A stretch of 64,000 nucleotides of DNA, from the IMG/VR virus record IMGVR_UViG_3300014043_000003, positions 69,850 to 133,849 of that record; one strand, 5' to 3'. Below the pieces are notes generated by a model. It saw only the letters and a program-made list of their open reading frames with translations, was not told the DNA's origin and did no database searches. The position numbers and the translations under genes are program-made. Position 1 is the stretch's first letter, and each line of letters opens with the position of its first letter. Of the stretch, positions 11,501 to 20,131 are shown one piece after another. Origin of the DNA: a virus. Its lineage: Duplodnaviria > Heunggongvirae > Uroviricota > Caudoviricetes.

Positions 11501-14500
11501 GGAACGGGAGCCAGGCTTCCTCGTCAACGATCCCCTGTTCATAGGTTCTCAGGTAGTCGTACCAGTAGCATTGCACCCACACTCTCTCAGGGATCTTGCG
11601 CTGCTGTTCGAGCAGGAACTTGTGGTACTCGGTGGCAGACCATGCGCCGGCGGTCTCTCTGTTCTGGAACATGACTTCGCACGCCTCGAACAGATTGCTT
11701 GCAAAGACAAACCACACAGCATCAGCAGCATTGAAAACGGTCTTGGTGCCGATCGTGTCGTCGGCCTCGTTGCCGTAGTCGAAGACCATCTTGCCTTCGT
11801 TGTTGTTGCCGTCCGAGGTGTCCATATCGTAGGCCTTACTGAGATCCCAATGCAGCAGGTCGGTGGATGACCAAAAGCTGTTCTTGGCGACGTTATCGCA
11901 CATGGTATGACGCTCCAGATAGACAAAGTGGTAAATCACGGAGTCCATAACCATGTAGTTCTCGCACTCACTGAGCATCTTTGCCATTCTGCGCTCAAAG
12001 GTGTCTCTCTCGTAGCGTCCGGCGTACCGGGAAACGGTCGTGCCTCTGAGGACCTGTGTGCCGCCTCGGTCGTGGCCGCGGAAGGTGTAGGCACCGTATG
12101 TCTCCGGTGCGGGCAGAAGCTCGTTTGTGGCCGCGTTTGGGTTGCTCTCGGCCATCCACGTAACGAAGCGGCGCCAGCCATCGACAATTTCCTGGGAGGG
12201 CACGTCCATGTCCGGGTAGCGCATTTCAAAGGACTTGCTGCTGCCGCCGCACATCACGAGGTTGTCAAAGCCCTCCACAGTGACCATACGGCAAAGGTCG
12301 TCGAGGTTGTTTCCAACTTCGATGCAGCAGTCATTCGGGTTGGACAGATCGTGGAAAACATGGACATTCTTCTTGCTGTTGCCCATGTTGCCGATGGAGT
12401 ACATGTGGTATTTATCGTCGCCAAACAGGACGAAATGGTCACTGTCGGGCGTTTCGCCGGAGTCCTTGATGAACTGGACGCCCATGGAGAACTCCATGCA
12501 GTCACGATGCGTAAGGCTCTGGTAAGGCTGGAAGCGCTGATACCAGATCGCGTTGCACATGTTGTTGACCTGCTCGCAGGAGGCGAAGTTGACCTTTGTA
12601 TTGGAGTATGTGATCGGGCAGGAATCGTCGTTGATCTTGTAGCCGAGGGCCTTGATGTACTTGGTGACGTTTCTCTGCTCGTCTCTCTCCACGGCGATGC
12701 AGTCAGGCGTCAGGACGGTGTTCTCGTCCACATCGAAAACGGTGACTTCCCCGGTTTCGGGATTGCCCACGAAGAAGTTCTTGCCGTAGTGATCCTCATC
12801 CACGACACCGTTTGCCATCAGGTCGTTGCCGTTGCCGTCGGTCAGGGAGGTGAAGTTGATGTCGGTGTTGGCCGCGCCTTTCAGGTAGTCCACGGAGGAC
12901 GTGCCCTGTACGGTCATCGTGCCGGTGCCGGACAGCTCATAGTAGGAATCGCCGTTCTTCCAGAACTGATTGAAGGTGCAATTCTTGACCTTGTCCTTCT
13001 TGCCGATGGTCATGTACGGGATATCGTACAGCCACACGCGGCAGTCAGGGTTTGCGTCAATGAGCTTCTGGTAGTCGATCTCGCCGCTTTCGTCCAGGAT
13101 GTTGTTCCTATTGTAACGGGCGACCATCTCTCTGGCATTGGGCGCGTCGGCGATGAAGTTGTCCATGTGGCTCTCTCTCGTCAGGTAGCTGGGATAGGCT
13201 TTGACCAGATAGAGGTACACATCGCAGTCGTCCGAGCCGATCACAAGATTCTTCTGATTGGCGGTACTCTGCGTGAAGTTGTCCGAAGGCGCGTACACGC
13301 GGCAGGTGGTAATGACGCCGTCGATCCACGCCATCATGTAGCGGAAGTTGCCGTCGTTCTCGGTCTTGGGCTGCGGGTAGATATCGTACTCCAGCTCAAT
13401 ATACTCGTCATCGCCGTAGGGGACGGTGATGGGCAGGCCGGTGGACCGGAATGTAGCTTCATGGGCGGTCAGGAGAATACCCACATTGTCAGCAATGCAG
13501 TCGAGCAGCGTTGCATCATAGTCGCGGCAGTTGACGGTCTTGAAGCAGATCTTGAAGGTCTTGCCGTTGGCACGGGCTTCATCCGCAAAGAGCTTGTGAT
13601 TGATGGTCATCCGGGTTCCGGCCTTGATGCAAATGAACTGACGGATAGATCCATCATCAGCGGTTTCGGTCTTGATACCGCCGTTGGTCCAGTCGAAGTT
13701 GGAAGAGAAGGTTGCGGAGATTCCGTTGCTTTCCCACTCTCTGAGGGCATCGTTGCCGGCCAGATCGCTCGCCTTGAGGCGGAAGGTGTACCCGCCTACC
13801 TCTTCGTTGTCGATGTCGAGCTTCGTTACAGTAATGCGGAGCGTCTTGACGGTGGAGCCGCTTGTGATCGTCAGCGTCTTCTCGCCAAATTCTGACGGAG
13901 TGAAGTTCCAGTAATGGAGCGTGCGGTCGATGTTCGTCCAGTTGGCGGCGATCTCGTCATCAATGCGAAGCACAGCATTGGAGGTGAGCGCGCCGGGTGT
14001 GTAGATCACCACAGGTATCTGCAGGGTATTGTACTGGACCATCTCAGACTCGGAGACGGAGCAGGCAATGATTGGCGTGTTGTTTCCAGCAGCGGCAAAG
14101 ATCATGTCGTGCATGATGCTGTCAGAGGTGATGTCCACACCGTTTACAGTGGCGGTGCAGTACAGTTCGACCTTGTGCGCGCCGTGGCTGAGGGAATTGA
14201 GGGTGACGGTCTGGAGTGAGCCGGAACGAGTCGTGGTGCTCGTGGCAGCTTCCCGGCCGTCGATAAAGATATGTGTGGCCTTGGAGATTTCGTTGCCGTA
14301 GGGTGTCCACCTGATGGAGAAGGTGTCGCCATCGTTGATCATGGTGTCATCGTAATCCCATGTGAGATACATGTTCACCACGTTCACAGTCCAGGACTTG
14401 GACACCACAGAAGGCGTATCTCCACCAGTATCGACGGAGATCACCAGACGAACGGTATTGCTACCAGCCGTCAGGTAATCCTTGATGTCAAAGGTGTTTC

Positions 14501-15659
14501 TGCCCTGATTTGCCGTGCTGGTAGCCCTGCGAACACCGCCGACATACCATGTGGCATTACCGGAGCCGACGACATCGCCGGCAGAGTCGGTAGCATCAAA
14601 GCGATAAACAATGGGGCAGGCATCGCCAGAGACGAAGGTGACGGTTGCATCGGTGATTCTGGTGATGGTCACGGTGCCTGAAGAAGCGCCTCCACTACCG
14701 CCGCCGGAAATGGCAATCGGCTTTGTGTCGCCGTTGGAGTACACGATCTCAATGCCCTCATCCGTTTTGTTCACATCCGTGACCTTGTCAAAGCCATCGG
14801 CAATGTTGATGGGCGAGGTTCCGCCGTCCTTATAATGGACGGTCAGAGAGTTTGCGTCACCGGTCACGTCAATGACCATGTTGCCGGAAAGCGCATTCAC
14901 ATCGTTTTCGAGCTGGGTAATCCTTGAACCGTGCTGAGAGGATGCGGTCTCAAGAGGCTGCAGGCGCGCATCAATCTGGGCCTTGGTGTACAGATCCTCT
15001 TTATCGTAGCTGTCAGCGCCGACAGTGAAGAAATGGCCGCCGTGCTCCTCCTCGGCATTGTCAATCCAGCGGTAATGCAGATACACATTCTCGGTTTCGG
15101 TGGCGATGTAGTAATCGGTGAAGCTGTCTCCGGCTTCGGGGAGCTCTTCTCCGACGTAGGCCATCGCACCGCCGATCATCTTCCACTCTTCCTCAATGTA
15201 CTTGTAGAAGAGATAACTGTTGCCATTCCGGACAATGTAGTCGATGTTGGGATCGGGCTCCAGAACAGCGTCAAGGCTCTCCACAACGACGGTAGAGGTA
15301 ACGTCAATGGCGTTGATAGCCGCGGTGGTCTCCCCCGTAATGGTCTGATGCAATGCGAAGAGCGTGTCATAGACCAGCTTCTCCGTGGGATAGTGCTGGT
15401 TATCCGGCTCATCCTGGAAGGCGGAGACCTTGTTGGCTACGTCCTCCTTCGACGGGAGATCAATTGTGCTGAGAGCTTCGTTGACGCTTGTTCTCAGGCC
15501 TTCGATGGTGTCCTTGACGAGCTTTTCGGTGGGAATGTGGGCGTTGTCCGCTTCCTCCTGGAATGCGGAAACGACCTGATCCTCATGTACAGCTTCGGGA
15601 TCGCGGACCGTGTAATCAACACCTTCTCTGTTGATTCTTTCAAGATATTCTGCCATCAT
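8553..15659 (-). CDS. Giant tail/adhesin protein, 2368 aa (CotH-kinase-like core, LRR-like region, LamG-like and C-terminal DUF6273/CLec-like domains)
   Basis: DNVAKNSFW...YDMDTSDGNNNEG (CotH-like); LxxLxL repeats; W..S.LR.FYN and terminal YWTRTP...G..FGFSI. Confidence 0.7.
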   Translation of the reverse strand: MMAEYLERINREGVDYTVRDPEAVHEDQVVSAFQEEADNAHIPTEKLVKDTIEGLRTSVNEALSTIDLPSKEDVANKVSAFQDEPDNQHYPTEKLVYDTLFALHQTITGETTAAINAIDVTSTVVVESLDAVLEPDPNIDYIVRNGNSYLFYKYIEEEWKMIGGAMAYVGEELPEAGDSFTDYYIATETENVYLHYRWIDNAEEEHGGHFFTVGADSYDKEDLYTKAQIDARLQPLETASSQHGSRITQLENDVNALSGNMVIDVTGDANSLTVHYKDGGTSPINIADGFDKVTDVNKTDEGIEIVYSNGDTKPIAISGGGSGGASSGTVTITRITDATVTFVSGDACPIVYRFDATDSAGDVVGSGNATWYVGGVRRATSTANQGRNTFDIKDYLTAGSNTVRLVISVDTGGDTPSVVSKSWTVNVVNMYLTWDYDDTMINDGDTFSIRWTPYGNEISKATHIFIDGREAATSTTTRSGSLQTVTLNSLSHGAHKVELYCTATVNGVDITSDSIMHDMIFAAAGNNTPIIACSVSESEMVQYNTLQIPVVIYTPGALTSNAVLRIDDEIAANWTNIDRTLHYWNFTPSEFGEKTLTITSGSTVKTLRITVTKLDIDNEEVGGYTFRLKASDLAGNDALREWESNGISATFSSNFDWTNGGIKTETADDGSIRQFICIKAGTRMTINHKLFADEARANGKTFKICFKTVNCRDYDATLLDCIADNVGILLTAHEATFRSTGLPITVPYGDDEYIELEYDIYPQPKTENDGNFRYMMAWIDGVITTCRVYAPSDNFTQSTANQKNLVIGSDDCDVYLYLVKAYPSYLTRESHMDNFIADAPNAREMVARYNRNNILDESGEIDYQKLIDANPDCRVWLYDIPYMTIGKKDKVKNCTFNQFWKNGDSYYELSGTGTMTVQGTSSVDYLKGAANTDINFTSLTDGNGNDLMANGVVDEDHYGKNFFVGNPETGEVTVFDVDENTVLTPDCIAVERDEQRNVTKYIKALGYKINDDSCPITYSNTKVNFASCEQVNNMCNAIWYQRFQPYQSLTHRDCMEFSMGVQFIKDSGETPDSDHFVLFGDDKYHMYSIGNMGNSKKNVHVFHDLSNPNDCCIEVGNNLDDLCRMVTVEGFDNLVMCGGSSKSFEMRYPDMDVPSQEIVDGWRRFVTWMAESNPNAATNELLPAPETYGAYTFRGHDRGGTQVLRGTTVSRYAGRYERDTFERRMAKMLSECENYMVMDSVIYHFVYLERHTMCDNVAKNSFWSSTDLLHWDLSKAYDMDTSDGNNNEGKMVFDYGNEADDTIGTKTVFNAADAVWFVFASNLFEACEVMFQNRETAGAWSATEYHKFLLEQQRKIPERVWVQCYWYDYLRTYEQGIVDEEAWLPFLDGGQKTHQRWHYEYFEEIYDSSKYVGTSATSNNVNFRGYYPTQPWDEASAANWENLKPKAEIKLKMYNKCYINVKVDSTSYRMKAERGVPYTVDFSAQEKLNDTVINIYSAQMIQEIGDMSRLYPGTVNMSNATRLRQLTVGSTTPGYANSNLESISIGNNPMLEHLYLQNLAYITNGLNLSKCVSLLTLDASGSSFTSYDFATGGLLRTAYIEAPTSLTMIGLHALENSGLVISDYSKLLSWRLENCENLNTRSLIENAYNLNRLRLLGVDWTVTDTTLLNRLLTLSGLDENGSNTTTSVLAGDVVVNGPVRQQELNQYAEHWPNLNVTYSGELVPQYYVYFVNDDGTELYRMLVDRGSVASDPIAAGLIDTPTKASDEQYDYTFDSWENLPGTVIAEKTVTAIYTSSIRSYTVEWYLHKSDIEPRCTKTVQYGTEANYDKERPTDTSSEATLNYRLFAGWDKSTGSVKENMKVYAVWAVQDGLPSTDKTLNDMTPAELYAVSADKKASTYFDVKDTKDIQLGSDFNFSNVESELLLENEYFGGSKYVTKNIKLFGEDSPAYTIALDFEMQSTNNARATLFSCCDTSRESDGMFLHYTNGGPKLTWQGSTTRPAGNASERTIIVLRHKKGSQNIVLYTFNLGNGVYDDAITEDELIGPKVPVTDEIITFGAKKYGNSYENYAKGWVYWCKIWHDDLGKEVCMKLASWPHITHRVEFCGTNINARADGGRTSMTFISNEALPLYRAFNGDNSLKGWDESALRTFYNTRIFNGLSYEWQSALKMVSMKSIASSTSSAIVTTVDNLYAPALADLGINSNVDPYSGELSNPDLGQISYYTTDLDRLKFFLPKEDREDITPGRQVIVSTDDPTRLTTRYTVAQGDIWRRTNNGAAYMYLSADYVSKHTTIGRYDLTAAGTSFGNDAVISAYDGGVWILPCQYWTRTPFYDESTSTSYIHYIGANGTFGYNTPRNPPMGLVFGFSI

Positions 15660-15672
15660 TTCACCTCGTCAA

Positions 15673-17520
15673 TCAGATAAAAAGCGTTCTGCCGGCAATT
15701 CTGCCGCGATTCAGATAGAGCGTCCGGCCGACGATATACGAATCGTGGTATCTCATAGCCTCTTCGTAGTCTTGCGTGGTCTTAAAAAGGAGGTCGTAAT
15801 ACTCCTCATCGGTGCCCTCATATCCGCCGGTTTTGGCGTATCTGTAGGCAATCTTGCTGTCGCCGATCACTGCGCCGTTTCCGACGCGGTTTCCATCGGG
15901 GTTTACAAGGTGCATGGAGAAGTCTTCCGGATCGAACACAAGGTCATACTGGAGCTGCCTCAGTGCCTCATAGATAGCACTGGATTTGACAGGCTGTGTC
16001 CCCTGTTCGGTCAGGATATCCGCCACATCATAGACAGAGACCGTGGCCGCGCTGCCTATCGGGAGCGCGCCTCCGAGCTGCCGTCCGTCAGGTCCCATGA
16101 GGAAGATCTTGTATGTACCGCCCTCATAGGTAAAATTAAGGCCAACGCCGTATCTCTTCAGGGCGTTGGCGATTGCTCTATTTTCCAAAGGATGCTCGCT
16201 CGTATAGGAGAGCATGGAGTCAACGACGGTCCTGTTGGCGCCCTCCGCTATCGTGTCGAGCTTGCTCTTTAACTTCTTGGTGAAGTTTTCGTCCGTATGG
16301 ACGTAATCGGGATCTTGTACAAGGTCAGCGGGCTTGTTCTGGATGAAGGCATCTCCGGTGGTGGCATGCCAGTCTGCCTGCACATTCTTCTGTGCCCCAG
16401 CCTCTATGCCCTCAAGTTTCGAGCGCATGGCAGCGGAGAAGTTCTCCTCCGTCAACTGCTTTGCAGCGTCGATGTCCAGCTTCTTGCCGAGGGCTTCAAC
16501 AATGGCCCTGTTCTGGACGGGGTTCGGGCTTGCACTGTTGAGCATGGAGTCGATGGTCGTTCGCGTGGCCCCGGCCTCTATGCCCTCTAATTTGGTCTTC
16601 AGGAGGTTCGTGAAGTCGTTCTGGCTGAGACCCTTCCCCAGCTCCTTGTCCACCTTTTGGCTCAATCCTACGGCCACAGCGCGGTTCTGGATGGGGTTTG
16701 ACGAGGTGAACGATACGGTGTCCTCTACATCGGCCCTGCTGACCTTCTTGTCCAGCGCTGATTTGACGATGCGGTTCTGCACCGGGTTCGTGCTGGAGTC
16801 ATGAAGTGAGGTGTCAACCGTTATGCTGGTGGCACCGGCTGCGATTCCGGCCAGCTTTGCCTTTTCAGCGGCGGTGAAATTCGCGTCCGTGTGGACGTAC
16901 TGAGGATCTGAAACAATATGTTCCGGTTTATGGAGGATCTGGGCAGGTCCGCTTGTGGCATACCAGTCCGCATTGACGTGGGCCGTGGCGGCCGCGTCGA
17001 TGTTCTCCAGCTTTTGCTTCAGCTCGGTCGTGAAGTCTTCGGTGGACAGCCCCTTGCCCTTGACTTTGTCAACCTTGGTATCGAGTACAGATCGGGCATA
17101 AGCCTTTGTTCTGTCCTCCGCATTGACAAGGGCCTCATTCAGAGCGCCCATCATCTGTGTGAAGGTGCGCTGATCATCGCCGCCCACATTCACCACAGCA
17201 GGCTTTGCACGGCGGAGAATCGGGATCTCCACCATATACTCGGTCTCCCCGTCTGTGCTTCCATCATGCAGATACACCCATGCAAATATGGGCGCAGGCT
17301 TCTCGAAGCACCAGTCAGGGATCTTCACGCCGTCCGCAGTTCCCACATACGTTTCAGCCGTTCCAAGCGGATCGTTGCTGAAATGAACTTCGTAGGCAGC
17401 GGGCAGCTCCAGATCCGCAAACACGAGGATCTGACCGTAATCCCATTGCCACAGAGAGTCCGCCTTAACCTTGCGAGATTCCCCAAATTCAACGGTCAGG
17501 ATTCTGTTTTCGCTTGACAC
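15673..17520 (-). CDS. Repeat-rich tail/baseplate protein, 615 aa
   Basis: GTG start; N-terminal LWQWDYGQ.L BppU-like domain followed by KVDK..GKGLS.NDFT and S.NPVQNR repeats. Confidence 0.7.
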   Translation of the reverse strand: MSSENRILTVEFGESRKVKADSLWQWDYGQILVFADLELPAAYEVHFSNDPLGTAETYVGTADGVKIPDWCFEKPAPIFAWVYLHDGSTDGETEYMVEIPILRRAKPAVVNVGGDDQRTFTQMMGALNEALVNAEDRTKAYARSVLDTKVDKVKGKGLSTEDFTTELKQKLENIDAAATAHVNADWYATSGPAQILHKPEHIVSDPQYVHTDANFTAAEKAKLAGIAAGATSITVDTSLHDSSTNPVQNRIVKSALDKKVSRADVEDTVSFTSSNPIQNRAVAVGLSQKVDKELGKGLSQNDFTNLLKTKLEGIEAGATRTTIDSMLNSASPNPVQNRAIVEALGKKLDIDAAKQLTEENFSAAMRSKLEGIEAGAQKNVQADWHATTGDAFIQNKPADLVQDPDYVHTDENFTKKLKSKLDTIAEGANRTVVDSMLSYTSEHPLENRAIANALKRYGVGLNFTYEGGTYKIFLMGPDGRQLGGALPIGSAATVSVYDVADILTEQGTQPVKSSAIYEALRQLQYDLVFDPEDFSMHLVNPDGNRVGNGAVIGDSKIAYRYAKTGGYEGTDEEYYDLLFKTTQDYEEAMRYHDSYIVGRTLYLNRGRIAGRTLFI

Positions 17521-17565
17521 GCTTTAAGCCCTCCTCTCTTTCATGGCAATGCTTATCTTTTGCTG

Positions 17566-17667
17566 TTAGACCTCAAGGGCCTTCTTCACAGCTTCGTACC
17601 ACCGGGGCGGGACCTGCTCAAGCGTGAGCTCGCCGCGGCGAATCAGATCGAGGTAGAAATCAATCAT
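17566..17667 (-). CDS. 33-aa XkdX/CD1375-like small tail-associated protein
   Basis: Manual translation MIDFYLDLIRRGELTLEQVPPRWYEAVKKALEV*; start overlaps the upstream stop. Confidence 0.65.
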   Translation of the reverse strand: MIDFYLDLIRRGELTLEQVPPRWYEAVKKALEV

Positions 17668-18217
17668 TGCTCTGGACCTCCTCAGTTGCGGTACTCTTCA
17701 CCCTTTTGCGAGTTACGGCGCTTTCGGCGTTTCCTACGCCGTTCGCGGATACGCCGTTCAATGTCGCTTCATCGTCAGCCGCTCCACTGGCAGCAGCGCC
17801 GGTCACAGGCGGGATTGCACCATATTCGGCTGCCAGGTCGAGTATGGCCTTGGTGAGCGTTCTCACACGCTCCTGAGACTCTGCGAGGTCTGCCTTTGAC
17901 TGTTCAAGGGCCGCGCTCATTTCGGAGAGCTTGTCCTGCATGTCTTCCAGACGATCTCTGGCAATGGTCTGCCAGGTCATCTTGTACCCATCCCACAGCT
18001 TCTCACACGACATCCAGCTCACGAGGTTATATACAGCGGAAGGCGCTTCGGTCCTGTCCTCCATATAGACCTCCAGCTTTGTCGCGTTCATGCAGATGTT
18101 AAGATACTCAGGCTTCCATTCTGCATGAGGGATGATGGCTCGGATTATCTGATCTCCGAAGTGCGGGTAGGCGTTCGGGACAGACAGTCCGAGACCGTTT
18201 CCTATGATCTTGTACAT
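17660..18217 (-). CDS. Hypothetical protein with coiled coil (XkdW-like position)
   Basis: Start at MYKIIG; directly upstream of the XkdX-like gene. Confidence 0.55.
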   Translation of the reverse strand: MYKIIGNGLGLSVPNAYPHFGDQIIRAIIPHAEWKPEYLNICMNATKLEVYMEDRTEAPSAVYNLVSWMSCEKLWDGYKMTWQTIARDRLEDMQDKLSEMSAALEQSKADLAESQERVRTLTKAILDLAAEYGAIPPVTGAAASGAADDEATLNGVSANGVGNAESAVTRKRVKSTATEEVQSND

Positions 18218-18234
18218 TGTGTTCCTCCCACAAA

Positions 18235-18660
18235 TCAGTGATTTATACTCTTCCAAGTATAATTACCAAAATTGAAGCTCGAAGAAGCATACAACCACGC
18301 ATCAACAGCAGTGAGTTTATTGCCAGACGTCGATGTAAATTGATACATCTGCCCTGAACTGAATGCAAACGCATACATCGGGTTTTCGCTTGTCTTAAAG
18401 TATGTGGAGTTATATGATGTAGTCTCGCTAATCATATAGATCAATGTTCCCAAACTCAGATTATTATATAGATATTCATAGTAATTGGTTGAGAACATAA
18501 GGCGAAAGCCAGTTATATCAAGCGGGGCTTTAACTGCAATTGTACCTGGTTTTGCGGTATTTGAAGGTTTTGTGTTAACTCTGTAGATAACGAACTTTCC
18601 ACTTTCAGAAGTGCCTGAAACCGCTGAACCACCACTCGCGCTGTTTGTTGTTCCGTACAT
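18235..18660 (-). CDS. Hypothetical tail-region protein (AT-rich)
   Basis: 141-aa ORF, MYG start like its neighbour; composition differs from the flanks. Confidence 0.55.
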   Translation of the reverse strand: MYGTTNSASGGSAVSGTSESGKFVIYRVNTKPSNTAKPGTIAVKAPLDITGFRLMFSTNYYEYLYNNLSLGTLIYMISETTSYNSTYFKTSENPMYAFAFSSGQMYQFTSTSGNKLTAVDAWLYASSSFNFGNYTWKSINH

Positions 18661-18673
18661 AGCATCACTCTTT

Positions 18674-19609
18674 CTAAAGGGTCCTTAACGCTACAATAGA
18701 GCTGGGTTGTATACGCCACGCAGAATAATAATCGACCTTCGCACCGGCTCCGGTAATAATAAAAGACGGGCTAAGATAAGTATAATTGTACTGATTGATA
18801 TAGCCCCCACTCGACTGTTGTACTTGATAAGTGTGTACGCTCTTTGCGGTTTCAATTCCAAAAACCAAGTCCACATTTTTGCCTACATTTATAGCAGGGC
18901 AATCAGCACTCGGAGGTGAGATTTTTATGTCAGTTCCATTCTTTATAGGTCCGTAATTAGGGCCATAGTGAATTGAGAATCCATACTGTCCGCTGAGGTA
19001 ATTTGTGGCTGGCCATTGCAGTGATCCAATGACTGCATTATTTTTCTTTAGCTTTGCAAATGGATTACTTCCAAGATAGAATAGCCGTGGATTAACAGAA
19101 CATCCGCTTGGCACAACGCCTCCTCCCCAAACAACAACGTGTGTATTGATCAGAGCTGCAAGTCGCGATGACAAATAGAAGAAGTTACTTTTATTAGACG
19201 ATAAATAGACACGAGCGAATCCTTTGGTTTGACCTTGATTTGGAGGGGCGTCATAGACCGAGCATTCGCACGTAAGGTGCGAATCAAAATTCCCAATTCT
19301 GTTTGTGTCAAAACAATAATAACCTGCTTCGAGTGTAATATTTGTGTTTGTATAAAGCTGTTCAACGTGGCCTCTGGATGAATCTTGATTTATGGAGGTT
19401 CCTTGAATAGTTATAGCGGAGTTTTCGTCTGACCCGCCGGTGAATGTGACGCCATCGTTGTTATGGCTTTTATTATTGATGTCGCTGGATATAGTTCCGA
19501 GGCTTATTCGCTGAATGGTTGAATCAAATATAACTTCAAAATCAACCTCTCCAGTAAGAGGTTCTCCTAATACGACGCATCCTCCTACCCCTTTTGCAAT
19601 TCCGTACAT
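18674..19609 (-). CDS. Hypothetical tail-region protein (AT-rich), possible carbohydrate-binding domain
   Basis: 311-aa ORF, beta-rich, N/S/T-rich. Confidence 0.55.
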   Translation of the reverse strand: MYGIAKGVGGCVVLGEPLTGEVDFEVIFDSTIQRISLGTISSDINNKSHNNDGVTFTGGSDENSAITIQGTSINQDSSRGHVEQLYTNTNITLEAGYYCFDTNRIGNFDSHLTCECSVYDAPPNQGQTKGFARVYLSSNKSNFFYLSSRLAALINTHVVVWGGGVVPSGCSVNPRLFYLGSNPFAKLKKNNAVIGSLQWPATNYLSGQYGFSIHYGPNYGPIKNGTDIKISPPSADCPAINVGKNVDLVFGIETAKSVHTYQVQQSSGGYINQYNYTYLSPSFIITGAGAKVDYYSAWRIQPSSIVALRTL

Positions 19610-19629
19610 ACGGACACCCCAGTTCTTTA

Positions 19630-19860
19630 TTACTCGGCGTTTCCTACGGGAAGAAACTCGTGATCCACGGGTTCACGGCGAGGAGCAGGGCGCCGAACAG
19701 GAGCAGGCTCCTTGGCCGGTTCCTCCATGAGCTTTGCTTCGAGGAAATCCACGGTCGCGACAAGGCGGAACATGCTGTCATAGCCCCTCACGTCGAGGCT
19801 CTTGAGCGCGCCGATCATGCGATCGACGCTGTCGCGGGAGATGGTAATGTTTTCTGCCAT
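19630..19860 (-). CDS. Hypothetical protein
   Basis: 76-aa ORF in operon; LKSLDVRGYDSM motif. Confidence 0.6.
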   Translation of the reverse strand: MAENITISRDSVDRMIGALKSLDVRGYDSMFRLVATVDFLEAKLMEEPAKEPAPVRRPAPRREPVDHEFLPVGNAE

Positions 19861-19867
19861 GTATGAT

Positions 19868-20131
19868 TCACTCCTTCTTGACCGCTAAATGAGTGCCTTT
19901 TTTCAAGATAGATACTGATTGAAGAAACTTATACTCAGGATATCCTTCAATCGTGATTTCTCCGCAGTTTGCGAGATTTGAAAGTGCATCGTTGAAATCT
20001 ACCGTTTCGCAGATCAAAAGCAGGAAGTTTCCATTGGGAGCTTTCTGAATGTCGTCGATGGTAAATTCATATCCAGACGCGGTTTTACCTATCATGCTGA
20101 CCTCCTTGTTATGCGTAGTAGTATCCGCCAT
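19868..20131 (-). CDS. Hypothetical protein
   Basis: 87-aa ORF overlapping the upstream stop. Confidence 0.55.
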   Translation of the reverse strand: MADTTTHNKEVSMIGKTASGYEFTIDDIQKAPNGNFLLLICETVDFNDALSNLANCGEITIEGYPEYKFLQSVSILKKGTHLAVKKE

